Assembly (NCBI RefSeq): GCF_001194135.2
Contig: NC_068992.1
Coordinates: 2,482,193-2,546,192 of the forward strand
DNA from: Octopus bimaculoides
Taxonomy: Eukaryota
Direction: 5' to 3'
Length of the DNA stretch: 64,000 nucleotides
This document shows positions 37,667 to 50,823 of this stretch, in pieces (position 1 is the stretch's first letter; the number at the start of each line of letters is the position of its first letter). The notes beneath the pieces were generated by a model. The model saw only the letters and a list, made by a program, of their open reading frames with translations, had not been told where the DNA came from and did no database searches. A program made the translations under genes and the position numbers.

Positions 37667-37685
37667 CCATATTGTTTAATATTTA

Positions 37686-37889
37686 GCAAGCAGAATTGTT
37701 AGCATGCCAAGCAAAATGCTTAGCAATTTTTTTTCCATCTCCGTGTTCTGAGTTCAAATTCTGCTAAGGTAAGCTTTGCCTTTAATCCTTTTGGAGTCAA
37801 TAAATTAAGTACCAGTTGCATACTGGGGTCGATGTACTCAACTTAATTGTTACCTTGAAATTGCTGACCTTGAGCCAAAATTTGAAATC
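37686..37889 (+). mobile_element. SINE-C, tail type 3
   Basis: Head-to-head with the previous copy. Confidence 0.85.
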
Positions 37890-38899
37890 GATATTTAAAG
37901 ACAAGATGTTTGAGTCTCTCAATTATTTCTGCTCAATAAATTACTTATACAAGAATCATTAAAAAAAATATTGTGTTCTAACTTTGGAAAATCTTGGAAA
38001 ATAGAAGAAATTTTGTAAATGTATATTTTGTGAATATTTCTGCCTTTGGTAGAAACATTACAATAATATGGAAGAGAAAATAAGGTTGTTTATATTTTCC
38101 CTTCATTTATGTGTTTGTTGTAGGAAACAGCTGTTATCAGCTGATTGTTAGAATATATATTGGATTGCTTATATTAAGGTGACACAGAGGCATATAACCT
38201 TATTTTCATTATATATATATATAGATAGAGAGAGAGAGAAAGAAAGAGAGAGAGAATGAAAGAGAAATAAAAGAATATATTAGGGGTAATTTTGGGGAAA
38301 GAAAATATGAGATCAAATAGAACAGCATACAAGATTCTTCAATTTGAGAGAAAGAAAAAGAATTATAGAATAACGAACGCTGAGATGTGAAAGGACATGA
38401 AAAAGGGATATGAAAGGAAGAATGACTAGAAAAATAAAAATATGCGGTGACAGCCATTAATGAATCTAAAAAGAATATTGATATAAAGTGTGAAAAAATA
38501 TTTGGATAAACTGCATATATATTTATCATTGACAACTCCTCCACTCTTGATCACCTCTCAGCTCCATCTCTAAACCATTCCTCACTTTCCCCATACCCTA
38601 TTACAACCCCCATTCAAACCCTTCCTAATCTTCTATTCCCTTCTGTTTCTCTTCATGTACCTTAAGGGCATACTCTGATGTAGTTATTTTCCTCCCATCT
38701 TTATTTCTTTCCATCTTCATTCCAATAACTTTCACCCACCCATATGAAATGCAAGGTTTTCCTATATTTCATTGATAGCAAGAAACCTCTTCCTGTCCCT
38801 TTCTTCATATTTGAACTTCCAGAGTATAGCAGAGCTCCTTATCTACTATACTCCTACTTAGTCAAGGGGCCTCTTTAGTCTAGCAAATTACATGGTAAT

Positions 38900-39110
38900 G
38901 TAAAAACATTCAGTAATCCAGTAATTCTGGGTTCTTCTGCTTGTGTAGCATGGAGCAGGGTCGTGTTGTCAGATATAGGGTCTTCCAGCAGCCACCCTCT
39001 TGACCCAGGGCAGCACTACCTCCTCCAAGCAGTTAATGTATGCCTTCGTGTTGAGTCTGAGGTCGTGTGAGAAGATGAATGGAGGTATAACATCGCCATC
39101 ACTAATGATC
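38900..39110 (-). mobile_element. maT/DD37D (Tc1/mariner superfamily) transposase catalytic-domain fragment
   Basis: Minus strand encodes IISDGDVIPPFIFSHDLRLNTKAYINCLEEVVLPWVKRVAAGRPYI*QHDPAPCYTSRRTQ. Confidence 0.8.
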
Positions 39111-39160
39111 CTCCTAAGAAACATTCTGATTATTCTGATAACGATGTTTATTTATATTTA

Positions 39161-39362
39161 AGGAGGGTCCTTAATAAAAATATTAAATAAACACACACAC
39201 AGGTTCAATTCCGCTTCTTTATTTTATCAACTAACTATTAATCTTATGCAAATGAAATGTGTGCTGTATGAATAACAGTTGTTGGCTGGTAAAATAAAGA
39301 AGTGGCATTGAACTCGTGTGTGTGTGTTTATTTTAATCTTTATTCATATAATGACCCTCTCT
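39161..39362. mobile_element. MITE/foldback element, ~200 bp
   Basis: Arms 39188-39226 and 39290-39330 are near-complementary; outer GAGGGTC/GACCCTC. Confidence 0.7.
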
Positions 39363-40397
39363 AGGCACAACAAGATTTGTTTCAATGCACAAATTCACAT
39401 TAAGAATCTCGCAAACCAAATATAAAAACTATGTTTATTTGCCCCTTGATAATTTCATATACATATCTTTTAATGTTTCTAACAATTTGCTTTTAATAAC
39501 TTAAATGTAATTACTTGTTATTTCTGGATTTATTAGCTTAAACTACTTGTACACTGGTTTCAACCAGCTGCTTTTCATATATTTTCTGAAAATCTTTAAC
39601 ATTCTGGTGCTTTTAACATGTACTTCCATCCAGTTAAATATAGATTATATTATCATGACTACAATATCATTTTTAATTTCTTGCTGTTGTAGAACACGTA
39701 TGCATTTTTGCTACATTAAAAACATTGTTTTTTTTTCAAGATTTTGTTGTTAATCAAGAAAATCCAGCGTCAATTCAGTAATAAATCACAAAATCTTTAT
39801 CGCTCCTTATATTTGGTTATTTAGTAGTTAAAGCAAATAATTTTAACCGAATAGCTTTATGGATTTTGTAAGAATTTAGTAAACTCTTTATTCTTATTTT
39901 GCTTATGGTTTCATAATTCAAACAACAATAGAAAAGAATGTTTTATTCAAATGTCTTATTCAAATATTTAAAGGTGAAAATTGACTTAGTTTTATGTCTT
40001 AGGCTTTAAATATGATAAAAATCAACATACATATGAAGTGTTTATTTCAGTGATACATGATAAACAGTGTTTATTGCCAAGTACATTAGATATAATGGTA
40101 GGTAAAACGATACATATCGGACTTTCAGTTTACAGCTTAGAGATAATTCTTTGCCCTGGAGTCTTTCATGTTTGTCTTCCTCAATACAATATTTAATTCT
40201 ATAACTTCAATTCATTGTTTCTAGTGAATAAGTGTATAATTCTCCTGGGAATATTAATTCTGCTATAATGGTGTCCTTCAAGATTTATGAGACAAAGCTT
40301 TATACGAACATCATTTCCTATGTTATATGTCAGTCCATTTGGAAGCATTTCATTTATTTCTGCTCCTACATACATTTCTCCATTCATTCCTATTCTT

Positions 40398-40432
<35 letters not shown>

Positions 40433-41579
40433 TATACCAAAAACACGACATCTTCAAACTACAAATATTCTGGTGACTCGGGGAACAATAGTTCTCAGTA
40501 ATTTGATAATTGAATGCAAATATATGTATGTATTTCTTTGTTTCAAAGGATAACCAATTTACTACTGTAGTTGTAGACATTTTGAAATAGTTTTCTTGAT
40601 CAGAGCAGCACTGTTGAAAATTACTTTCTATTCTTCTTACCATCTTTGGAACAATTGTTCATAAGACACACAATTGCCACCAGTGAAATTAGTGGTTTTC
40701 ACTGTGTAGTCATTCCTTCAACTAATACAATCTTGCTAGAACCTCTGTCTCCAAATTTAGACACATCTCACTCACTGACATTTCTTTGTCAGTTTGGCCT
40801 TTCATATTACTTCTTGTGAAACAATTAATGAAAATGTTAATTAGTTAGTCAATCTAGTTTGCAATGCTTGCCTACATTGAAGTTACCCTTTGCTCGTATT
40901 GAAAATTCAATTTTAAAATCCAACAAATAAGAATTAAATAAGAGAAGACACAACAGCAAAGAAAAGAAATACCCTGATTATTTAGTCACAATTTTAACAG
41001 TTAGTTAATGAAGCATTAACGAATGGCACGATAATGAAAAGTTTGAGAGCAAATACAAGTACACATGTTGACTTAATGGTAAATGTTTCTTTTAAACTTA
41101 AAGAAATCACACACATGCACACACACACACACACACATTCAAGCACACTACACAATAACTACTACTACTGTTACTGCTGCTGCTACTACTAATTATTACA
41201 ATGCTGCTGCTGCTGCTACTACTACTACTATAATGACAATAACAAGAAGAAAGCATCATTCTATTAACTTCAATCATTGCTTCCTTGTTTCAATTGTTAG
41301 AATTCTGAGAATTCTGGGAAATTCTTTGCCATTTTCTCCTCTCCCTCCCTCCTCCCCTCTTTTTACTCCATACGTTTTCTAATTCCTTTAACGTCTACCA
41401 AGTTAAGTTTATCAAGTTAGTGGATTGGTGACGCTATCAAAGTCTGAAAGAACTAAAGAAATGTCTCTCGCAGAACAATTCTTTATTCTCTTTAACAGAT
41501 TTGGGATTTAGAGTTCATTTATGTGTGTGTATGTGTGGGTGTGTATGTATGCATGTCTGTATATGTGTATGTGTACCGT

Positions 41580-42420
41580 ATGTATGCTAGTATTCTGTAG
41601 TCATTAGTAACGCTGTTGTGAGTACAGTTGTTGACTTGTGTTTGTTGTTATTTGTTATGGTTAAGTTTGTTCTAATGATTTTTATTGGTGTTGTTGTTAT
41701 TGTTGTTGTTGTTAGTAACAAAGTATTAACTCGTCTTATTATCTTTGATGTTGTTTTTACTTTTAAATATAATAGTTTCATTATTGTTTTCGTTCTTGTA
41801 CTATCAATTCATTATTGTTATTATTATTATTATCATTAAAGGTTGTTACAGGTGCTACTTGATGCTGTTGTATCTTGCACTGATATTGTTGTCGTTGTTG
41901 TTATTGTAGTTGGTTTTGTTTTGACATCACAGCAAGTATAATTGTGTTTCTTATTCTTGTTGCGTTAGTTATTGCCGCTGCAGATACAACACCAGCACCT
42001 GTTCTTCTTCTTCTTGTTTCTGCTACTGTCAATGCAACTATTACATTATCTGCAGTAGTTGCATTCGAATTTACAGTTGCTGCTGCTGCTGTTGTTGTTG
42101 TGACAATTATTGTTGTAGCTGATGCTACAGTTGCAAATGATATAGTTTTAATTGTTTTTGCTGCTGTTCTTAAAGTTGCTGCTATTGTGCAACAATAATA
42201 GCAGCAGTTATTTGTTTATTGTAGCTGCTACAGTTGCCATAGTAACACTTGCTTGTTGCAGCTCTTGTTGCTGTTGTTATTAAAGCAGCAGCTCACACCA
42301 ACCACCCTCCTCCTCCTCCCACCACCTCGTACAAAACTTACTAACTGCAGCAGCAGTGTGTAGTTGAACTGAATTCTGCAGCAGAGAGAGGGAATCGCAA
42401 TGTTCTCTCCTTAGTACCCC
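41580..42420. repeat. Long cryptic (GTT/GCT/ATT)n trinucleotide tract
   Basis: Degenerate triplet periodicity over about 850 bp. Confidence 0.8.
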
Positions 42421-42503
42421 ACCATTCGCTAATTTTTATATGAACCTGACAGCAACGACAACAGTAACAACAGTTGAGCAACACTAATAATGTTTACAAT
42501 TGG

Positions 42504-42535
<32 letters not shown>

Positions 42536-42743
42536 CTGTCATTGTTATAACTTCATTTAGCATTATTCTTTCATCAATTTTTCTTACTGCTAATGTTTCT
42601 ACAGTTGACGTCATCTTTGCTTCATTTAATTGCATTCTCTACAACTAACACATGTTTCAGTGGAGAGCTGCTTGCTTTGCTTATAGTTTCTGCTTTGTTT
42701 TTCATTTGTTCCGATCCCAATTGTTCTGCCCCCCCCCCATCCC

Positions 42744-42882
42744 NNNNNNNNNNNNNNNNNNNNNNNNNNNNNNNNNNNNNNNNNNNNNNNNNNNNNNNNN
42801 NNNNNNNNNNNNNNNNNNNNNNNNNNNNNNNNNNNNNNNNNNNNNNNNNNNNNNNNNNNNNNNNNNNNNNNNNNNNNNNNNN
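42744..42882. other. Assembly gap (N)
   Basis: N-run. Confidence 1.
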
Positions 42883-43410
42883 TGTTGTTGTTGTTTTTAT
42901 GGTGACATTTGTGTTTCCGAAGTATCTCATCTGACAATTGTCAATGAATAATGAACGTAAAAGCAAAACAAACAAACAAGCAAACAAATGATAGGCAAAC
43001 CAATATATAAATATATAAATTAAATAAAGAAATAAATCAAATTTGAATTAATCTTTGCTAAAGAAATGTTACCCCCCTCCACCTCCCACTTTCTCTCCCT
43101 CTTTCTCCACCAAAGTAAAAAAAAAAACAAGACAGTATTGGAATGAAAAGTTCATGAATTGTAAGCTGATAATTACATTTGTACCATGTGGGCAGGACGT
43201 GGGGGTGTATGTAGGAAGTGAGAATTTGAAGGTAAATCTATGCTTATACATGTGGTGTATTTCCATGTGTGTGTGTGTGTGTGCACGTGCATGTGTGTGT
43301 GTGTGCATGTTTTGTCTTCAGGAATGCCTGTCTATGTATGCATCTCTCTACATTTATGCTACATACATATATGTGTGTGTGTGCATGTATATACATATAT
43401 ACACACACAT

Positions 43411-43441
<31 letters not shown>

Positions 43442-43576
43442 CCATTATATACATATATATATATATACATATACACACATGCATATGTGTGTGTGTGTGT
43501 GTATGTGTATACTATTTAATCAGCAGAGATTACAAACAGATTGAAGAGTGAGAGTTTCATACATTAGCACTAATCA

Positions 43577-43607
<31 letters not shown>

Positions 43608-43611
<4 letters not shown>

Positions 43612-43755
43612 GGTGTGGTCAGAAATATTGCTTCTTAACTACATGTTTTCTCATCTAGACTCACTGCATGGCACCTTAGGCAAGTTTTCTACTATAGCCT
43701 AAGAACAATCAATTTACAAAATGGATTTCATAGAAATGAACTGAGACAAGTGTCC
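43608..43755 (+). mobile_element. SINE-A 5' half, degenerate
   Basis: CACTGCATGGCACCTTAGGCAAG...CTACTATAGCC. Confidence 0.65.
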
Positions 43756-43966
43756 ATCATATGCATGCATGCACATGTGTGTGTGTTGGGGGGGGGGGGG
43801 TGTCTTTATTTCTACTCTTCCATGGAACATCTCCAGCCATGAGGAAATATATCCCAATGGCTGGTCATCCAGTTGGCAGAAATCTGTCTCAAATTCCATT
43901 TGATCCATTTCAGTTTGTCAAGTGGATGTTGAAAACTATCATGATGACAGTGGTGCATCATATATA

Positions 43967-44110
43967 CAGGGGTTGGACAAAATAATGGAAACAAAATCTG
44001 AAGAATCTGAAATAGAAAAAAAGAAAGGGCTTACACAGAATAATGAAAACCTAACAATGGCAGGGAAAAGTTTTATCAAAATCGATTCACAGAAAACTGA
44101 GAAATCCTAA
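43967..44110 (+). mobile_element. Tc1-like element terminus (single TIR)
   Basis: TA|CAGGGGTTGGACAAAATAATGGAAAC resembles Tc1 TIRs; no partner TIR seen. Confidence 0.5.
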
Positions 44111-44174
44111 ATTTCACTCCTAAGCTATATATATATAGCATGGAACACTGACATTAAATGATGATGATATACAC

Positions 44175-44336
44175 AACAGGCTTCTTTCAGTTTCCATCTA
44201 CCAAATCCACTCACAACACCTTGGTTAGCCCAAGGCTATAGTGGAAGACACTTGCACAAGGTGCCATACTGTGGGACTGAACCCAGAGCCATGTCATTGT
44301 AGGAAGCAAGCTTCTTACCACACAGCCATGCCTGTT
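44175..44336 (-). mobile_element. SINE-A 5' half
   Basis: Reverse-complement match to 24038-24197. Confidence 0.9.
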
Positions 44337-45609
44337 CATATATAAGAAAACAAAGTAAGAAAGAAATAGGTGGAGGGAGCAAAAAATAATAATAATAATA
44401 AATCTAATAACAGAGAGGGTTAAACGGGGTGGGGGGTAACTGAGTTTCACAAAGAATGAATTTGTTTCAGGTTAAAATGAGAAAGTGAGTGTAGATTAGA
44501 GTAAATATTGCCCAGGGTCTCCATCGAGTTTCCACCCCCACCCCATCACCTAGCACTCCATGTCTATAGTGCTTATACTGCCAAACCAAAGTACCGCTCC
44601 TATAAAGGTATCCCCTTGAGCAAACTAACCCCAGGCCTCCCCCAACTATGCTGCTGGAATGAATGGATGTTTATGTAAGGAAAACAAAACAAAAAGGGTA
44701 ATGTTAGGAAAATATATAATTTAATAGTGAGGTGTGTTTAAGGGGTTAGCTAAGCTTTCATACATGTCTTAGATATATTCATATGATATATACAATATAG
44801 AGATATGTAAATAAATAGAGGAAAGAGGGGGAGGTAGAGAGAAAGTAAAAAGCAAGTCCTGGATATAGAAATTAACTATGCAGAGATTAAGGGTGGAAGG
44901 ATGAGGGGTAAAAACAATTGTTGGGTGGATTTTGCTGGTTGCATTGAAAACAAAACCAAAAACGAACACAGATACAAACAAATGGTCAAAATTAATGGAT
45001 GGAAGAAATACAATTTAAAGAGTGGCAAAATAAGAAAGAAAAAAAAACGAAATCCTTAGAAAATTCAGACAATTCATTATGGCAGCAATAATTTTAAAAC
45101 TTAAAAGATCTTCAGTGAAGGTCACATGTGTAATCTACATGAGGATCGATGAAAAGACATCTGAAGTTATAATAATAATATAAAAATTGTGTAAGGATCA
45201 AATACAATGATTGAATGGAATCAATAGATTGAAGACAAAATGAGAACACGTCTAACAACTTCCAAATAATAATAATGATTGCAACAGCAACCATTTGTGG
45301 CAGAGAGAAAAGTTCTATCTGCATCAGGCATTCTGTGGAAGAGGCCAGGAAGCTAAAAACTTTGAAGAATGTCTGCAACAGTTCAATAATTCAAAGTTTT
45401 CAGTTGAATGGAGATTTTGTCTTTTCACTGCAACATAATGGACATCTCATAAAATGGGATGAGATCCATGTCTGGATAGACTTACTCTTTCTAAAATAAA
45501 CTAACGGATTCTGAAAGCAGCAGGCCTTCCAGGGTTCCCTTTGGTTTCCTTTAGCAGCACCATTTGTATGCATGGATGGATGGATGGATGTCCTGGCTAC
45601 GACTTTAAA

Positions 45610-45645
<36 letters not shown>

Positions 45646-45783
45646 GTAGATAGATAGGTAGATAGATAGATAGACAGACATGCAGATAGATAGACAGACA
45701 TGCAGACTGGCAGATAGATAGACAGACAGACTGGCAGATAGATAGACAGACATACAGATAAATAGACAGACAGACAGACTGGC

Positions 45784-45815
<32 letters not shown>

Positions 45816-46180
45816 TGGCAGATAGATAGACAGATAGATAGATTGATAGATAGACAGACTGGCAGATAGATAGACAGACAGACTGGCAGATAGATAGATA
45901 GACATACAGACAGGCGGATAGATAGACAGATAGATAGATTGATAGATAGACAGACAGACAGACTGGCAGATAGATAGACAGACAGACAGACATACAGATA
46001 GATAGACANNNNNNNNNNGCGGATAGATAGACAGATAGATAGATTGATAGATAGACAGACAGACAGACTGGCAGATAGATAGACAGACAGACAGACATAC
46101 AGATAGATAGACAGACAGACTGGCAGATAGATAGACAGATAGATAGATTGATAGACAGACAGACAGATAGACACACACAC
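45610..46180. repeat. (GATA/GACA)n tetranucleotide array with recurring CTGGCA interruptions; 10-N gap at 46009-46018
   Basis: Direct repeats. Confidence 0.95.
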
Positions 46181-46513
46181 GCACAAACTTAATATATTTC
46201 CTTGGCCTGTTCAGCATCATTTTTACATATGCTTTTCCTTGCTTGCATAATTTGGAGAGATTCTTTCCATCGAAGAATCTTGCCATCTGTTGCATTCCTT
46301 TGTTATATATTCTGCGAGGTTTGGCATCATATTAAGTCGACACCACATAAATCATTTTCACCTGTAAAACAGCCATAAAATGTCAACACATTAAGCAAGA
46401 TATTTGAATAGTTGTAGATTATGTCTGACAGAAAGGAAACAATAATAATGGTTTGACTTGATTGAACGAATGTAAAACCAGAGTAAATCCTTGTCAGAGT
46501 TCAATTTACAGTA

Positions 46514-46860
46514 AAAAGGTGAAGTAAAGACCTCTCTCATTGATGAATGACCATGGGATTGCACCTAGAAAGTTCCCCTCCGAGGCACAAGTCTGGGCAA
46601 GGTTATTTATTGAAAACCAGCAGTCGCCCATGCATACCAGCCTCTCCACTCCACACCACTGATGTTATCCAAGGGAAAGGCAAAGGGGCCGATACAGATT
46701 GGCACCAGCAACATCACAACTCATTTCAACAGATGAGTGAACTGGAGCAATGAGAAATAGTGTCTTGCTCAAGAATACAGCACACAGTCTGGTCCAGGAT
46801 TTGAACTCAGAATCTCACAATTGAATACCAATGCTTTAATCCCTGAGCTCGGCACCTTCA
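46514..46860 (-). mobile_element. SINE-E, full length
   Basis: Colinear with 10778-11089. Confidence 0.85.
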
Positions 46861-46911
46861 TTAATTTACAATATTATTAGTATTATTTATGACATAATTG
46901 AGCTTAGCATT

Positions 46912-47134
46912 CTTTTATTCTTTTATTTTTTTTACTTGTTTCCTTTGACTGCAGCCATGTTGGAGCACCACCTTTAGTCAAGCAAATCGACCTGAGGACT
47001 CATTCTTTGTAAGCCTAGTGCTTATTCTATCGGTGTCTTTTGTCAAACCGCTAAGTTACAGGGGACGTAAACACACCAGCATCAGTTGTCAAGCGGTATT
47101 GGGGAGGAGGGGGACAAACACATACATACATACA

Positions 47135-47179
<45 letters not shown>

Positions 47180-47314
47180 GACAGGCTTCTTTCATTTTCT
47201 GTCAACCAAATCCACTTACAAGGCTTTGGTTGACCTGAGGCTATAGTAGAAGACTAGGAGTGGGATTGAACCCAGAACTATGTGGCTGGTAAGCAAGCAA
47301 CTTACCACACATGC
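46912..47314 (-). mobile_element. SINE-A, near full length, with (TA)n linker
   Basis: Reverse-complement match to 15042-15426. Confidence 0.9.
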
Positions 47315-47485
47315 TTTATCTTTGCCTTTATGTTAGGTGATGATATTTTCATATTAAAGTAATTGTGGGTAATTCTTCTTCTCCATTGTTTTTCTCTGTG
47401 TATTCTTTATATTCTAGTCTTAAATAGATCATAGTTCTGTAGGTAAATCAGAAGAATAAAGAACAGTTATTACTTTAAAAACAGT

Positions 47486-47674
47486 GTGACATAGCTTACC
47501 TAAACATGTGTCATATCTTATTTCAACATTGACATATCTTGCCTCAACATCTGACATATCTTACTTCAAGATGTGACATATCTCAATATCAGGCATATCT
47601 TGCCTCAACATCTGACATATCTTACTCTATTATGTGATATCTCTTATCTCAGTATCTGACATCTTACCTCAATG
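47486..47674. repeat. Minisatellite with ~22-bp unit (STGACATATCTTRCCTCAACAT), ~9 copies
   Basis: Degenerate direct repeats. Confidence 0.85.
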
Positions 47675-47921
47675 ATTTTTAGATCTTCATTTTTCCCAAA
47701 TTACTATATTTGTTGTTATTTCAATATTAATGGTGCATGAATTAGTTTTACTGCATCAAGTTCCTTATCTTTCTTATGCAGCCATCTTTCTCTCACAGCA
47801 CATTAAATATATAACAATATAAACTTTTATTTAACAGTACACACCCAACAGTAAATATTCGGTTCTCCCCTCTGCAGCTATAGAAAATATTTTGTATTCA
47901 TAGTTAATTTTTCTAGCTTAC

Positions 47922-47973
47922 ATTTGCTAAACACACCGTCTATGGTTGATATACCATACATTATTTCTGCAAC
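47922..47973 (-). CDS. Candidate 52-nt exon (VAEIMYGISTIDGVFSK+T)
   Basis: CATACAG|GTTGCA...AAAT|GTAAGC; only one open frame, but the pyrimidine tract is weak. Confidence 0.25.
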
Positions 47974-48694
47974 CTGTATGTTATATGAGCTTACAATCAG
48001 AATCTATGGTGCATGTTGAATTTTCGAAATATTTCATTTGTTCTCAAAATTCAAATCGCGTCTGACGTGCACTAATACAAAATTAACCCTCATGAGGAAA
48101 ACTGGAACGAACACAAATTCTTTGAATATAAAACTATATTATAGATTTATTTCTAATTTTCAAATTGATAACAGCAACAAGATTTGAAATACTTAACAGA
48201 TGAAAGTATGTTGTCAATTTAGTAGGGAGAGGGAATGGTTGGAAATATGTAAAAGGAAGCCAGAGCTGGATGGAGGGAATATAGAATATGAAAATGGATT
48301 GAATGAAAGATGGTTAGATGAGAGGATGCAAGGAAATCCATAAATTGAATTGTTAATCATATTTGCTTTTAGTATTTTTTTTTCTTATTGGTGGTTGTTT
48401 TCTGTATTTTACATTTGAATGTCATTAAGGATAGGAAAGAAGTTAGCCTGCTTTTATAAAACGAAAAGTGTGGAGGGGGGGAGTGAGAAAAGCAAATAAA
48501 AGCTATAAATAAATAAAAATAGATTTCTAATAAATAATGAAAATTTGATTATGGAAAATATTATATACATACATACTACACATACATGTATATATATATA
48601 TGGACACACATACATGTACATATGTTTGTGTGTGTGTACATATATGTTTGTGTGTGTGTACATATATGTATGTGTGCTCACATACATATATATA

Positions 48695-48728
<34 letters not shown>

Positions 48729-50084
48729 GCATGTATAAAAATATATACATATGTATATAAATATATCTTTATATATATATGTATGTACATACATACATGT
48801 GTGTATATATATATATATATATATGCATAATTGTGTGGGGAGAAAAAGTGCAAGTAGGGGAGGGAGACTGAGATAGAAGGAAGGGAAGGAGGGAATGAGA
48901 GGGTGAGATAGAGAGAGAGGTGACAGTGTTTGAATAATAAATAAATAAATAAATAAAGTAACAAAAAGCAGGTGAATGAAAGAAGAGAAGAAAAGAAAGT
49001 ATGGATTGAAAAGATAAAAGATTGAAGAGCATAAGCAAAGAGATTTGTAAAGAGGTCTTTTGTATGAGCAAGTTTTGTGCATTTATGAGCTTTTCTAACA
49101 ATGACAGCTGCATCGATATCAATGGAGGCAACAGCTTTAGAGAAAGAAGAAAAACAAAAAGCAAAAAGCAAAAACAGAAAAGGAAGACTAACAGTGATAT
49201 GGAAGTAGACATTGAAATTGCTATGCAAATGTTCCATGTTAACTGGCTTAGTTAGCTACCCTCCTTTTAATGTATTCAACAGGTAGGGAGCTGAGCTAGT
49301 AGATGCTTTTGCTGAAAAATCAAGAAAAATAAAATTAGTGGTTTGCTGTCTTTAACTATTAATCAATTGATCTGCAACATAGCGATGCTGTAAATGTGTA
49401 AGCTCCTTGTAAGCAGTTCACAACCTTCGTTTTAAATCCCATTCCTACTAATATTTATTCCAAGAATGTCAGGAAATCTCACTTCATTACTTTTTATAAG
49501 TATGTCCCACATTTAAGACAGAATTCAAACCGGTTCTATTGTTCCAAATGCTGAATGATGAATATGACTCTTGGTAGAGTAGTTGAGAAGATTGCTTAAA
49601 ATGGTGAATGTTTCTTTAAAGAACATGACTATACACTTTTGTAGTAGTTGTACTTTAGCAATATCATTTATTTAATATAATTATCGATTTGAAATGCTTG
49701 ATTTGAATAGCTCTAACCTTGGAACACATCTCTAAAGAACAACGGTAAAGTATAGACGTTCTTTAAGTGCTGGAAACAATACTTCCGTAATAATTTCTCT
49801 ACATAAACCTAACAACCTTTATCTTGGGCGATTTTGACCAAAAAGTTTGGTTTTATGCTGCATTTCTCTTAATAAACACAGGAGTCTTGCAAAATAAGTT
49901 TGTAGCTGTTGACTGTGTTTTTTTTTTACCAATGAGTAAGCTTTGTGCATGCATGAGTACACATAGACAAACACAAGACCAGTCCTCCACGGCAGAAGTG
50001 TCAAGGCTACTCCCCCCCCCCCACTGATGAAGAGGATTGGTCTACAAGACTTGTGTGCTGGTGCCATATAAAAAGTACTCCCGC

Positions 50085-50170
50085 CTTGGTCAAATGTTTT
50101 CCTCCATAACCCCAAGCCAACCAAAACCTTGTGAGTGGATTTGGTAGACGGAAACTGAAAGAAGCCCATT
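50085..50170 (+). mobile_element. SINE-A internal fragment
   Basis: CCTTGTGAGTGGATTTGGTAGACGGAAACTGAAAGAAGCCC. Confidence 0.75.
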
Positions 50171-50233
50171 TTCTGTACATGCATGTGAGTGCTCATGTAT
50201 CCTTGCCTGGGAATCAACCAATGTATTCATGTG

Positions 50234-50296
<63 letters not shown>

Positions 50297-50435
50297 ACAG
50301 AAATATATATACACACAAACTCAGATTTGTATCTATGTACATATGTGTGTGTATATATATATATATATATGCATATATAAGTGTGTATATATATATATCC
50401 ACACATGAATGGCTATAAGCAGAGGAATTGTTATA

Positions 50436-50823
50436 AGCACAAAAGTGGCTGTGTGGTAAGAAGCTTGCTTCCCAACTATTTGGTTCCAGGTTCAATTCCA
50501 CTGCATGGCACCTTGGGCAAGTGTCTTCTATTATATCCTCGAGCTGACCAAAACCTTGTGAGTGGATTTAGTAGATGGAAACTGAAAGAAGCCCATCATA
50601 TATATGTGTGTATGTGTCTGTGTTTTTGCCCCTCACCACCATCGCTTGACAGCCGTTGCTGGAATGTTTGCATCCCTGTAACTTAGCAGTTCAGCTAAAC
50701 AGCCTGATAAATTAAGTACTAGGCCTACAAAGAATAATCCTGGGATCGATTTCTTTGACTAAATAGGTGGTGCTCCAGCTTGGCCACAGTAAAATGACCA
50801 AAACAAATAAAAGAATAAAAGAA
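50436..50823 (+). mobile_element. SINE-A, full length
   Basis: Colinear with 15042-15426. Confidence 0.9.

Noticed and set aside
41587-42198. Hydrophobic Val/Ala-rich ORFs resembling TM segments
   Set aside because: They come from the cryptic GTT/GCT repeat and are open on both strands.
29398-47674. Minisatellites and SINE repeats as CRISPR-like arrays
   Set aside because: No unique spacers, eukaryotic context and no cas genes.
48930-49140. Minus-strand frame KAVASIDIDAAVIVRKAHKCTKLAH after a pyrimidine tract
   Set aside because: The acceptor is AAG, there is no GT donor, and several frames are open because of compositional bias.
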